This document shows positions 1 to 11,412 of a stretch of 64,000 nt of DNA, in pieces. The notes under the pieces are model-generated. The model was not told where the DNA came from and did not search any database. It was given only the letters and a program-made list of their open reading frames with translations. The stretch lies in the NCBI RefSeq assembly GCF_036365525.1, contig NC_090411.1, positions 32,070,432-32,134,431 on the forward strand, written 5' to 3'. Positions within the stretch are counted from its first letter, which is position 1. Each line of letters opens with the position of its first letter. The stretch comes from Heterodontus francisci. Lineage: Eukaryota. Both the position numbers and the translations under genes were made by a program.

Positions 1-429
1 TTGGTGTATTTTATTTTGGGGTAAAAATAGAGTCTATGATCGACCGTATTGGTAACTGGGTAAACATTTAAATATATGTTGTGACCTGTGGAGAAGTGGA
101 ACTAGAAAAAACAATGCCCTCCTCCCACCTCTGTCAGAACAATATATAGAGAGAAACTATTTTCTCTGGTGGGGCAGTCCAGGACAGGGGCTATAATCTG
201 AATATTAGAACTAGACCATTCAGGGGTGATGTTAGGAAACATTTCTTCACAAAAAGGGATATGGAAATCTGGAATTCTCTCCCCCAAAATGTTGACATCA
301 ATTAAACATTTCAAAACTAAAACTGTTAGATTTTTGTTAGGTACAGGTATGATGCAATATGGATCCAATGCAGGCAAATGTCCTTAAGTGACAAACCATG
401 ATCTAATTGAATGGTGGAACAGGCTTGAG

Positions 430-723
430 GGGCTGATTGGCTTCCTCCTGTTCCTATGTTCCAATCACAGTATAATCATCCAAACCTGCCTGTATTCCAC
501 AGCTCTCATTGTCGCTGGGTCCAACCCCCACAGCCTGACGACATTGTTAACTGGTGCCTGGATTCAATAACTATTCCTGACTGGCTACCTGGAATTGTCA
601 ATCATCATTAATGATGTCATTCCCTGTTTGAATGCAGGCTGTCCCAACGGTACAAATACAAGAGCTTGTGCAGGAAACAGTTACATTGTTGTTTGAACTT
701 AGCTTCTGTTAGTAGTAAAGATT
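430..723 (+). promoter_or_regulatory. Ferritin proximal promoter and short 5'UTR (homologous block precedes all 11 copies)
   Basis: Conserved block TCAATCATCATTAATGATGTCATTCCCTGTTTGAATGCAGGCTG with CRE/ATF-like TGATGTCA (612-619), TATA-position TACAAATA (651-658) and CCAAT motifs near 433-466. The TATA position is at 5612, 11340, 18149, 24768, 31124, 37242, 43654, 48084, 54036 and 57372 in the other copies. Confidence 0.7.
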
Positions 724-3525
724 ATGATGGCATCTCAAGTGTGTCAGAACTACCACAAGGACTGTGGAGATGCTGTTAACAAGCAAATCAACCTGGAGCT
801 CTATTCCTCCTATGTTTATCTTTCCATGGTGTGTATTGTTTTCTTGGCGTTCTGTTTCAAAGTTAAGACTGGGATTTCAATGTATTTTGAGTAGCTAGAA
901 TTTCTGTAGGTCTCACAGCTCCAGCGACCTGGGTTCAATTCTGGGTACTGCCTGTGTGGAGTTTGCAAGTTCTCCCTGTGTCTGCGTGGGTTTCCTCCGG
1001 GTGCTCTGGTTTCCTCCCATATGCCAAAGACTTGCTGGTTGATAGGTTAATTGGCCATTATAAATTGCTCCTAGTATAGGTAGGTGGTAGGGAAATATAG
1101 GGACAGGTGGAGATGTGGTAGGAATATGGGATTAGTGTATGATTTAGTATAAATGGGTGGTTGATGGTCAGCACAGACTCTGTAGGTCGAAGGGCCTGTT
1201 TCAGTGCTGTATTTCTAAACTAAAACTAAATATTAATTGGGTTTATAATGTATCTTTCTAGTTCTCCTAGACTTAAATCTGTGAATACCCTTGAAACAGG
1301 GACTCTATTCCTTGCTCTGTAATATTTATGTCCAATTTTGAAAGTAACTCCAGTTCTGTGTAGTTTCCAATAGAGGATTCACGATCATGTATAAACCTAT
1401 TCAACTTGAATGGCAACAATGAAGTTTAGTGACTAGTTAGTGGAACACTGTCTGACTAGTTCTGGTCTGTCTTTCCCCCTTTGTAAATGAGTAAATCCTG
1501 TGGTGCTGAATTCTTTTGTTTGAGTAATGAATTTGCATGAAGCAGTAATTGAAAAGTCTCATTCAGTCCAATAAGACTTTTAGATCACTTGTCTCTTCAT
1601 TGGTGGACGAAGGATGTCCTGCTGATAAATGTAGTTTAAATGCTGAAATGAAACTTGGATCCAAATAGTGTTACTGCTTTTAGTAATGTCACTGGGAGGA
1701 GCATTTCATCATGGTTAGTATTTTACAATATTAACTTGAAAAACCAAGCCCCTTAATTGAAGAAGATTCTTTTGAGATAAAGAATGGATGATTTACTAGG
1801 ATGTTATTTTTAACGTGACCATGAATGATATTTGGGTCTGACCTCTCCCTTTCCATTTTTGCCTCTACCTGCAGTCCTATTACTTTGACCGGGATGATGT
1901 TGCCCTGCGTCACTTTGCTGAGTTCTTCAAGGAGCAGTCACATGAGGAACGGGAGCACGCTGAGAAACTGATGACATTCCAGAATAAACGTGGAGGCCGG
2001 ATCATCTTGGAGGACATCAAGGTTAGATTTAATAAGCCGCTCCCTTCAACAGATTGGACTGCAGTTTCCATTCTATCGGATAAAAGCAAAATACTGCAGA
2101 TGCTGGAAATCTGAAATAAAAACAAGAAATGCTGGAACCACTCAGCAGGTCTGGCAGCATCTGTGAAAAGAGAAGCAGAGTTAATGTTTTGGGTCGGTGA
2201 CCCTCCTTCGGAAATCCGGAATGTTAACTCTGCTTCTCTTTCCACAGATGTTGCCAGACCTGCTGAGTGGTTCCAGCATTTCTTGTTTTTATTTCAGATT
2301 TCCAGCATCTGCAGTATTTTGCTTTCATCCTATGTTCCTTTATTCTAATAATGTCAGTACTCAATCTATCTAGAGTTTAATGAGTAAAATTTCTAGTGTT
2401 GGTGAGTTGGTATGACTGACCTTTGTCTCCTATATTTATAAAATCAATAAATGGATTTTCAGAAGGAACAACGTCTGCTTTGTCAACTATTGGCTGAAAC
2501 ATACAGTGCTTAACTAGGTAACAGTCTTGAGAATGTGGGCCACAGCTGTAGATGTCCCTTAAATGTAGTTGAGGATTATAAAGGAGAAAAAGAAAATTTT
2601 GCATATTTGGGGTAATTGGGATTGGAGCTTTGGCCAAAAATGGCAGTGAACTGATCCAGTGTCCTGTAATGGTCTGTCAACCCAGTGATTAAACCCCATC
2701 CCTCATAGTATTGGGGTGCACAGATTGTCTTTGTTACTGCTAACATTGTTGACCTTGAGCATAACATCCCTTGGACTTTGCACTCCCACTAAAAAGACTA
2801 CTATTCTGTTCCAGAAGCCAGAGCAGGATGAGTGGAGCAATGGTCTGGAGGCAATGCAGAGAGCTCTGCAGATGGAGAAGGATGTGAACCAGAGTCTGCT
2901 GGATCTGCACAAACTCTCCACTGGCAACACTGACCCTCATGTAAGTTAATATTGGAATGAGTTTTCAGGTTTGAAGGTGATGATTAGAATCTACCCTTAA
3001 CTCTGGTAGAATTCCATAAGTTTTTTTTTTGTCTTATTTAAAAAACCAAGACATCCACACTAGATCTTGATCACTGAACAGTTTGCAAGGTACTTGGTTT
3101 CTCTGGCATCAATCTTGACTTGACTCCCAGTTTAATGGAATTGATTTGCCACATGTGGGTAAATTTTGGCCTTGTCTGGCTAAATATATCCACAGAATCT
3201 GAATGATTTCCTTCTGTGCTGACCACTTGGCCCACTGCCTGTGCTTCTTTCTCCAGAGAAAGTCTCGCTCCCATGTGCAGTACTTGTGCTATTATCCCAG
3301 TGCAAATAAAAATCTTATCTAATGAAGATTCTTGCTTTTTTAAGCTAACTATACTCGCCTGTTTCTCTTATGTTCTAGTTGTGTGACTTCCTGGAGACCC
3401 ATTACTTGGATGAGCAAGTGAAGATGATCAAGAAGCTTGGAGATCACATCACCAACCTGAAGAGACTGGGAGCTCCTGACAATGGCATGGGAGAGTACCT
3501 GTTTGACAAGCACACGCTGAGTTAA
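724..3525 (+). CDS. fth1: Ferritin heavy/middle-type subunit, copy 1 (A-type), 174 aa
   Basis: Exons 724-828, 1875-2021, 2815-2940, 3379-3525, all [71 protein letters not shown].../[26 protein letters not shown].../[15 protein letters not shown]...DKHTLS*. Ferroxidase ligands equivalent to human FTH1 E27, Y34, E61, E62, H65, E107, Q141 are present. AATAAA at 3606. The symbol is family-level; orthology (H versus M) is not established. Confidence 0.95.
911..1230 (+). mobile_element. V-SINE (HE1-like), 5'-truncated, in intron 1 of copy 1
   Basis: B-box GGGTTCAATTC, V-domain TGTGTGGAGTTTGCA..TTCTCCCTGTGTCTGCGTGGGTTTCCTCCGGGTG, and a CR1-derived tail GGGCCTGTTTCAGTGCTGTA..CTAAAC. Absent from intron 1 of copies 3, 5, 6 and 8. 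Confidence 0.8.
2078..2330. mobile_element. Penelope terminal-repeat-derived hairpin in intron 2 of copy 1
   Basis: About 110-bp inverted arms (AAAAGCAAAATACTGCAGATGCTGGAAATCTG.../...CAGATTTCCAGCATCTGCAGTATTTTGCTTT). Same sequence family as the end of the GIY-YIG element at 34871. Confidence 0.8.
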
Positions 3526-4419
3526 TTAGGGTTCTGCAACAATTAGTTCCATACTTTCTGAATTCTTTTTGATTGCCAGTTTTCTCATCTCTTGCTGTAT
3601 ATAGAAATAAAAGTATTTATCATGGATCTGATCTTTGTATTATTCAATAGCTGACTTGATTATTCAGATCATTATGCCTAGTTATATACTGATTCCATTT
3701 AAACCTTTCCCTGGCCAGCCTCCCAAACTTGGTTCAATGCCTTCTGAGGATAACTTACTCACATCTCCCAATTTTCATCGAGAAGCTTGGAGAGGATATC
3801 TGAAATATGCAGTTTCTGCTACAGAAGTGTTCTTGCTGCTGTAGGTGAGGTAGCATGAACTTGTGGAATATGGGGAAAGGATACCCAATTTCTACCTGCA
3901 TATGACCTTTTTGTCCACTTATTATAGACAAGAATTAACCACCTTTAATCTGCCATTTGATTAACTAATATCTGTACCCCTAATTCACCTAAAGGGTATG
4001 TTTACCAATGTCTAGCCTCAGTACAGGGAGATGCTTGGGTGAGGTAGTAGGAGACCCCTACGAGTTGACCTCATAAATCTTCCCTCAATAGTCTTGCACG
4101 TTGCAGAAAGTGCACTGTGACTTTACAGGTCTTAAATTCCATGGGGATTGTGCTCCATCTCTCCAGCGTTATGTGGAGCAACAATGGTCACTTTAAAGCT
4201 TCTCCATTTTCTATTTCCCTAATTTGCTGGTTAGGTTGCAGAGTCAGTGTGGATTACTTTCCATCTATTGTGGTCAAGATTGGTATCCCTGGCTTGGTCT
4301 AGACCCACCTGGAATACATCAATTTTCCAAGCCATCTTAATTTGGACCCAACTGTGCAAAATGGAATTTCCATTAACAAACTCATACAATTACATTATTA
4401 ATTACTGACTCTGAACAGA

Positions 4420-5430
4420 TTCAGTTTGAGGAACGCCAATATCAAATACATCATTGACAAGGTTCAACACAAGAGGTAAGGAAAAATGGAAGCCTGTGCA
4501 ATTGGAGGAAATCTTTCACTATGGGTGGAGATTTGGTTTTTGAGGTGGGAGACAGAGAGTAGGGATAATGGGTATGTACTCCAAACTATGGCTCGTCATC
4601 CTTTCCTGGGATCTATACTGTGGCTTCAGCTTTTCATTATATTTATAAATGATATCGATGAAGGAATAGAGTGCAGGATATGCAGGTTTTCTGATGCCAT
4701 TATGTTGGGTGGCACAGTTAGTGTAAACTGGAGCAGGAATTTGCAAAGGGACACTGATAGAGTAAGTGAGTGTGAAAAATTATGAATGATGGAGTTTAAT
4801 GTGAAGTTAAGGTTCCATGGACAGAAATTAATCAAAACCAGTGGAGAGATACAAACAAAATTGAAAAAACAAAATCAATGTTCATCTCTCACGAGGGCTG
4901 AAAATCAAAGTGGTGGAGGTTATGTTACAGTTGTATAAAGCTCAGGGTTAACCACATCTGAAGTACTGTGTTCATTTTGATCTGTTGGCCTTGGTGGGGG
5001 AACAGCACCAATTCACCAGAATGATACTCAGGCTAAATGATAAGGTCACTTTGCACTGACTGGTATGTATTCCTTCGTGTATTGAAGATTAAGTGATGAT
5101 TATAATTGAGCTGTTGAAGATAATTAATGGGTTTAATAACGTAGATAGAGAGAAACTATTTTCTCTGGGACAGGGCTTCATCTTCAGATTAGGCAATTCA
5201 GGGATGATATTGGAAAGCATTTCTTCACAACATGGGAAAATAGAAATCTGGAACTCTCTTCCCCAAAATGGATCAAGTCAACATTCAAAATTGATGTTAG
5301 GTTTTTGTGAGTTAAGGTCATGAAATCATGAACCAAGGCAGGGAAATGGCATTAAGACACAGAGCAGCCATGATCTAATTGAATGGTGGAACAGACTTGA
5401 ATTGGCCTCCTCCTGTTCCTTTGTTCCAAT
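4420..5430 (+). mobile_element. Decayed CR1-type LINE 3' portion abutting the B-type promoter
   Basis: RT remnants (DKVQH; [23 protein letters not shown]) and CR1 3' end ATGATCTAATTGAATGGTGGAACAG...GGCCTCCTCCTGTTCC. Paralogs at about 34480-37057 and 46860-47900. Boundaries approximate. Confidence 0.7.
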
Positions 5431-5694
5431 CACAGAATAATCTTGTAAACCAACCTGCATTCCACATCCCTGATTGGCTCTGGGTATCTCACCCCACCCA
5501 CTGCTCCTTAATTGGTGTCTGGAGACATGAACGATTCCTGACTGGCGATCGGGGATTGTCAATCATCATTGGTGATGTCATTCCCTGTTTGACTGCAGGC
5601 TGATCCAGTTGCATAAATACAAGAGCTTGTGAGGGAAGTGGTTAGATTGCTGTTGTTGTGTTTGATTTAACTTCTGTCAATATTAGAAGTGAAG

Positions 5695-7664
5695 ATGGTT
5701 TCCCAAGTGTGACAGAACTACCACAAGGACTGTGAGGATGCTGTTAACAAGAAGATTAACCTGGAGCTCTATTCCTCCTATGTTTACCTGTCCATGGTGA
5801 GTTTTGTATGTTTTGGGGTCCTAATTCAAAATTCAGGCTGTGACTTCATTGTATGCTGTTGTTTAGTGAATTGGCTTTTGGATGTATCTCAATAGCTCTC
5901 CCTAGACTTAATCCAGTGGATTATATTTAATAGTAATTCTGTAGAAGGTCTCATTAACAGACTGCTCCTGGCTCTGTAGTTGTCTTATTCAGAGATATTT
6001 TATACCTGAAACCAGCTCCATGGTTCCATGAAGCTTGTAATTGAGGATTCATCTTGAAGTATTAACTTGGTCAAATTTGTAACTTGGATGACAACAATTA
6101 ACTTTAATTGGGTGACTCGTGAGTGAAATATGGACTGGCTTTCTCTTTTTACTAATTGAGTGAAATTCTTTGAATCCTCTGTCACGGAACCTGGATCTTG
6201 GTACTTGATTGTGCCAAAATGTTAAACTGCTGAATCTGGAAGGTTTTACTTTTTTTTAATTTAAATCCCTGAATTGGGGAAAGGGATTGGTGAAGGGGGG
6301 TGGGGGGGGGAGGGAAGAATGTCCCACTGAAATTTGAGCTTTCAACCTGCACTTGGACCTCTAATAGATTCCACCAAAAAATATCATGGATCCCTCTTGT
6401 CTAATTTTAGCCACTTGCCTTGTTTCTACTTCATGAGGAGGGACTTTCAACCTTTTCAGAAAAGATTAATGAAGCCAATTGTGCTTTGTGTAAGAATCAT
6501 ACTTTCTCCCTTAAACTGTAAATGCTTTCAAAAGCAAGGTATTGAAGTCATGAATGGGTATTTCATCTACTATGATACAGCCACCATTTTTGATGTGACC
6601 ATGGAGGGAATTTTGGATGTGACCTGGCTTTCTTCAATTTTTTTTTTTTGTCTCTACCTGCAGTCCTATTACTTTGATTGGGATGATGTTGCCCTGTGTC
6701 ACTTTGCTGAGTTCTTCAAGGAGCAGTCACATGAGGAACGGGAGCACGCTGAGAAACTGCTGAAATTCCAGAATAAACGTGGAGGCCGAATCATCTTGGA
6801 GGACATCAAGGTTGGATTCAATGAATGAGTGACCTCCTGTCTGGATCCCTGTAAATTGATGCTTTAGAAAGTATTTGAAAGAATTGATTCCATGGTTTAA
6901 TGCAGTAATTGTATACATTTGTGACCCACTAGTTGCTTTTCCCCATTGTTCACCTTCTACTTTCTCATGTGTTTTTGTTTTAATCCATTGTAAGTGAACT
7001 GTCTGACTTTCCTCTTCAGAAGCCAGAGCAGGATGAGTGGAGCAATGGTCTGGAGGCAATGCAGAGAGCTCTGCAGATGGAGAAGGATGTGAACCAGAGT
7101 CTGCTGGATCTGCACAAACTCTCCACTGGCAACACTGACCCTCATGTAAGTTCCTAACATTGCAATTTTTCATGCATTGGTGATATTGGAATCTGCCCTG
7201 CACTCTACATTGGTAAACTTCTGTGTCAGTTTGTTTTTCATTTTTAGATTTTTGTTTTTGGGCCAAGAAGCCATCTACGCTGTAGACCTGGATCATTAAA
7301 CTGTTCCCAAGGCACTGTGTATCTGCAGCATCAAAATGTTTCTTGTGCAGTCCATTCCCTGTTTTATTAAAATTGGTTTGCCATTTTTGGGTAATTCTGC
7401 TCTTGTCTAGTTAAATGTGCCCATGTCACACTGTCCCAATTCCAAACCGGTGTAATTTCCCTTCTGGAGAAGATCCTCATTAAACACCTGTTTGGCATTT
7501 TCTATTTCATGTTCTAGTTGTGTGACTTCCTGGAGACTCTCTACTTGGAGGAGCAAGTGAAGATGATCAAGAAGCTAAGAGATCACATCACCAACCTGAA
7601 GAGACTGGGAGCCCCTGACAATGTCATGGGAGAGTACCTGTTTGACAAGCTCACCCTGAGTTGA
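5695..7664 (+). pseudogene. Ferritin copy 2 (B-type), premature stop at codon 6
   Basis: Exons 5695-5796, 6664-6810, 7020-7145, 7518-7664. ATG GTT TCC CAA GTG TGA (stop 5710-5712; TGT in most paralogs). Private missense changes: Q>K, R>W, H>L, D>E, G>R, G>V. Confidence 0.88.
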
Positions 7665-9029
7665 TTAGCATTATAGAACCATAGTTCTGTAATATTGGGA
7701 GAAATAAAATGTGATCCATTTCTGGTTATTATGTAGTTTTCTCATTTCTTGCTGTATGTGGAAATAAAAGTATTTATCATGGAGTGGTCTTTTGTTTTTC
7801 TTTGTATAGATAAGTAACTCATTTCATTATTCAGATTACCAAGATACCTAGCTGTCTAATATCTGGTTCCACTGCAACTTTACCATGCCTTTTGAGTTTT
7901 GCCCTCCTACATCCAGTTTCTGAGAACTGATTTCAATGTCTGCTTAGGATAGTTTGTTCACATCTTCCAATTTCACTGAAAAACCTGTCGGGAATATCTG
8001 AAATATGCAATTTTTATCACAAAGGCAGTTTCTTACATCTGCAGCTGAAATATTGTGCAACATGAGAAAGGGATGCTGAATTTTGTTTTGACCCCCTGTT
8101 CTCATTGGAGCACAAGGCAATGCAGAGAGATTTGATAGAGATGTGAAGATGCTGACAGGGGAACAAAGGAAGATCTATTCCTGTTAACTGATAGTACAAG
8201 TACTTGGGACACACACGTAGGGGGTTTGGGCAAGAGATGAAGGAATAGCTGAGGTGAAACTTTTTTTTTTTTAATGACCTGGAACATCCTGCAGCGAAAG
8301 CAAAAAATGACATCAAAAAGAAATTGGGTGAGCAGGTGGAGGCAAAAAAACTTGTAGGTGCGAGAGTAGGAGAATGGGACTGAATGCAGTGTACTGGTAA
8401 CCAGAGACTCCGTGGACCGAATGGCCTCTTGTGTCATAAATGACTGACATTATTCATTGTAAAATATTCACCATCTTAATCTGCCTCGTGGCCAGGTTGT
8501 CATTTGTTCAACCATTACTTGCACCCCAATTCACCAGGAGCCATACTTACGAATGTCTGGGATGAGTGAGTGCAGAAATACTTGGGTCAGGTAGTTATAA
8601 CACTCTATGTCAGGTTATAATTTTCCCTCGTAATCAAGTCTCAATAGACTTCAGTTTTGCAGAAGCAACAACACAGGACTTTACAACTCCTAAATTCCCT
8701 GGGGCTTGACCTCCATGTTGCACTTAGACGGAGCAACAGAGTTCTGTTCGAAGCTCTCCACTTTTCATTTCCCCAACATGTCAGTTGGTTTGCAGATGTG
8801 CTGTGGAATGTTTCGGGCTGGACAATCTCTTTCAATATATTGTGGTTAGCATTGTTAGAATAGATTCATTCTACACCCATCAAACGCAGTGTCAATTCTC
8901 CAAGAGATGGATCTAATTGTGTTCAACACAAAATGAAGTTCCATTTGCAGACTGCTGCAATTATGTTGACAAACTCTGAATCTGAGAACAGATTCCATCA
9001 GGTTCACTTTGAGAAAACTCCAAGAAGCC

Positions 9030-11150
9030 AACATCAAATACATCATTGACAAGATTCTACTCAAGAGATTAGGAAAAACGGAAGCACGTGGAATTGCAGG
9101 AAACCTTTAAACATGGTTGTGGAGTTGGTTGGGAGGTAGGAAACCGAGAGTAGAGATAATGGGTATGTACTCCAATTGGCAGGATACGACGAGTCATCTC
9201 TCCCAGGGATCTGTACCTGGGCCTCAGTTTTTCATTACATTTTTAAATGACATGAAGGAATCGAGAGCCATATATCCAAGTTTGCTAATGACACTAAGTT
9301 AGGTGTTACAGTAGGTAGAGTAATTTGGAGCAGAAAATTGAAAAGGGATGTTGATAGATTAGGTGAGTAGCCAAAACTATGATAGATGAATTTCAATGTC
9401 AGATAGAGCGAGGACAGAGAGACATAAATCAGAATATTTTCCAAATGGTGAGGAGCTAGGAACTGTGGAGGAGCAGAGAGAGTTAGGGGTCCGTGTACAG
9501 AAATTACTAAAAGCTAGTGGACTAGTACATAAATGAATTAAAATGTCTAATAGACTGTTAGTCTTCATCTCAAGGAGTCTGTAAAACATAGGGTGGATGC
9601 TTTGCTATATTTGTATAAAGCCCTGGTTAGATCACATCTGGAGTACTGTGTTCAGCTTTGATATATTGACCTTGGTGGGAGTGCAGCACAGATTCACCAG
9701 AATGATACCAGGGATAAAAGGGTTAAATTACGAGGACAGTTTGCATTAATGACTTTTGTATTTTTCAAGTATAGAAGAGGAAAGAATTATTATAATTGAT
9801 ATGTTGAACATGAATAATAGATATGATAAGGTATCGTTGTGACGGTGTTGCTATATTTCTTGTTGGTTTTTGTTGAGGACTCATATTTTACAATTATGGA
9901 CATTGTTTTATTTTGGGAAAATTGAAAAGGATTGTATGGATTTTTTTTTCACTGGGGTCCTTGAAAGGGCACTGAGAGGACTTATTGTAAACAACACTCA
10001 CTGGAAGTTACCTGTCTTCAGATAAATATCAGCAGGGGCTTTTTGACTTGGAGAAGATATTTACAGAGAAGTGACAGGTCAAAATGTACAGGGGTCAGGA
10101 GGCTTGACTCTTGAGATATTGTTTTTGGTTTTGCTTTGAACTGTGTATTGGGGTATAAACTGTTTCAAGGCAATTGGAGAAAACCAGCCAAGAGAGCAGT
10201 CACCATCAGCATCCTCTTCCATCTTTTTGAGAACTTCCTGTGAATTAAGTGTAAGAAATAGAGAAACTGATGCTGCATGTCTCCTGAAAAGGCTGCCAGA
10301 AACCCCTGATGGTGCATCTCACCTGGAAAACCAGCCAAACTGATCTTCAATGTCGCCTGAAAAGAACTATTCTGGAAAGATCCCAGTGGCAGCCGCATAA
10401 GGGTATTTGGGACACCAAACAAAAAAAGGGACACCTGACATCTTTCCATATCTTCTCTTTTATCTGCAAGAATTAGCAAGTATCAGGCCAAAGTATTCCT
10501 TTTTGTCTTGTTTTTATAACAGAGTTCTAAAAAGAAAATCTTTTTTTTCTGGTTCTCCAGTGTGTGTGTGTATGTTTGTGTGAGGGGCTAGGGTAAAAGG
10601 GAACTTTCATTTTTCAATCGGTGTGTTATTGCTTTGCTTTGTTACTGGTTAATTCTTGTTTTATAATAAATTGATAATTTTGTTATTAAATAAACCTGGT
10701 TAGTCTATTTATACTGGGGTAAAAATAGAGTATATGATTGACCAAATCAGTAACTGGGTAAACATTTAAATACATGTTGTGACCTGTGGAGAAGCGGGAT
10801 TAGAAAAAAATTGCACTCCTCCCACCTCGGTCCAAACAGAAAATACAGAGGAACAATTTTCTCTGGTGACATAGTCCAGGACAAGGGGTATAATCTTAAA
10901 ATTAGAGCTAGACCATTCAGGGGTGATGTCAGGAAGCATTTTTTCACAAAAAGTGAAATGAAAAGCCGGAACTGTCTCCCCCAAAATGTTGAGATCAATT
11001 AAATATTTCAAAAGTGAGATTTTTGTTAGGTTTGGGTATGAAGAAATATGGATCCAATGCAGGCAAAATGCATTCAGAGACAAACCATGATCTAATTGAA
11101 TGGTGGAACAGGCTTGAGGGGCTGATTGGCCTCCTCCTGTTCCTATGTTC
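9030..11150 (+). mobile_element. Decayed CR1-type LINE upstream of A/C-type promoters, interrupted by a solo LTR
   Basis: QGSVPGPQFFITFLND and TCCAAGTTTGCTAATGACACTAAG (SKFADDTK-like) remnants, with the CR1 3' end at about 11085-11150. Paralogs at about 15400-17960, 22577-24580, 28440-30935 and 41815-43465. Confidence 0.7.
9835..10838 (+). mobile_element. Putative solo LTR (about 1 kb)
   Basis: Interrupts CR1 sequence that is contiguous at about 5133-5168. Consensus termini across copies are TGTT...AACA with an apparent 4-bp GTAT target duplication. Internal AATAAA and TG tract; no coding signature. Confidence 0.6.
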
Positions 11151-11412
11151 CAATCACAGTCTAATCATCCAAACCTGCCTGAATTCCACAGCTCTCATTG
11201 TCTCTGGGTCCAACCCCCACAACCCGTCTACATTGTTAATTGGTGCCTGGATTCATGAGCGATTCCTGACTGGCTACCTGGAATTGTCAATCATCATTAA
11301 TGATGTCATTCCCTGTTTGAATGCAGGCTGTCCCAGTAGCATAAATACAAGAGCTTGGGTAGGAAGCAGTTAGATTGTTGTTTGAACTTAGCTTCTGTTA
11401 GTAGTAAAGATT

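Noticed and set aside
925-945. tRNA gene suggested by the GGTTCAATTC B-box
   Set aside because: It is part of a 5'-truncated SINE head, and no cloverleaf can be formed.
2716-2949. [25 protein letters not shown]... resembling a signal peptide fused to ferritin exon 3
   Set aside because: It is intron-2 read-through, mostly from non-ATG starts (ATG only in some copies, e.g. copy 5), with a canonical branch point and AG before exon 3 and no promoter evidence. Recurrence is explained by duplication or conversion. It would deserve another look only if an intronic TSS were found.
5710-5712. In-frame TGA at a Cys codon of copy 2 as possible selenocysteine
   Set aside because: The position is typically Arg in ferritins and non-catalytic, no SECIS was recognised in the 3'UTR by eye, and the copy has several other private missense changes. 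A nonsense mutation is the simpler explanation.
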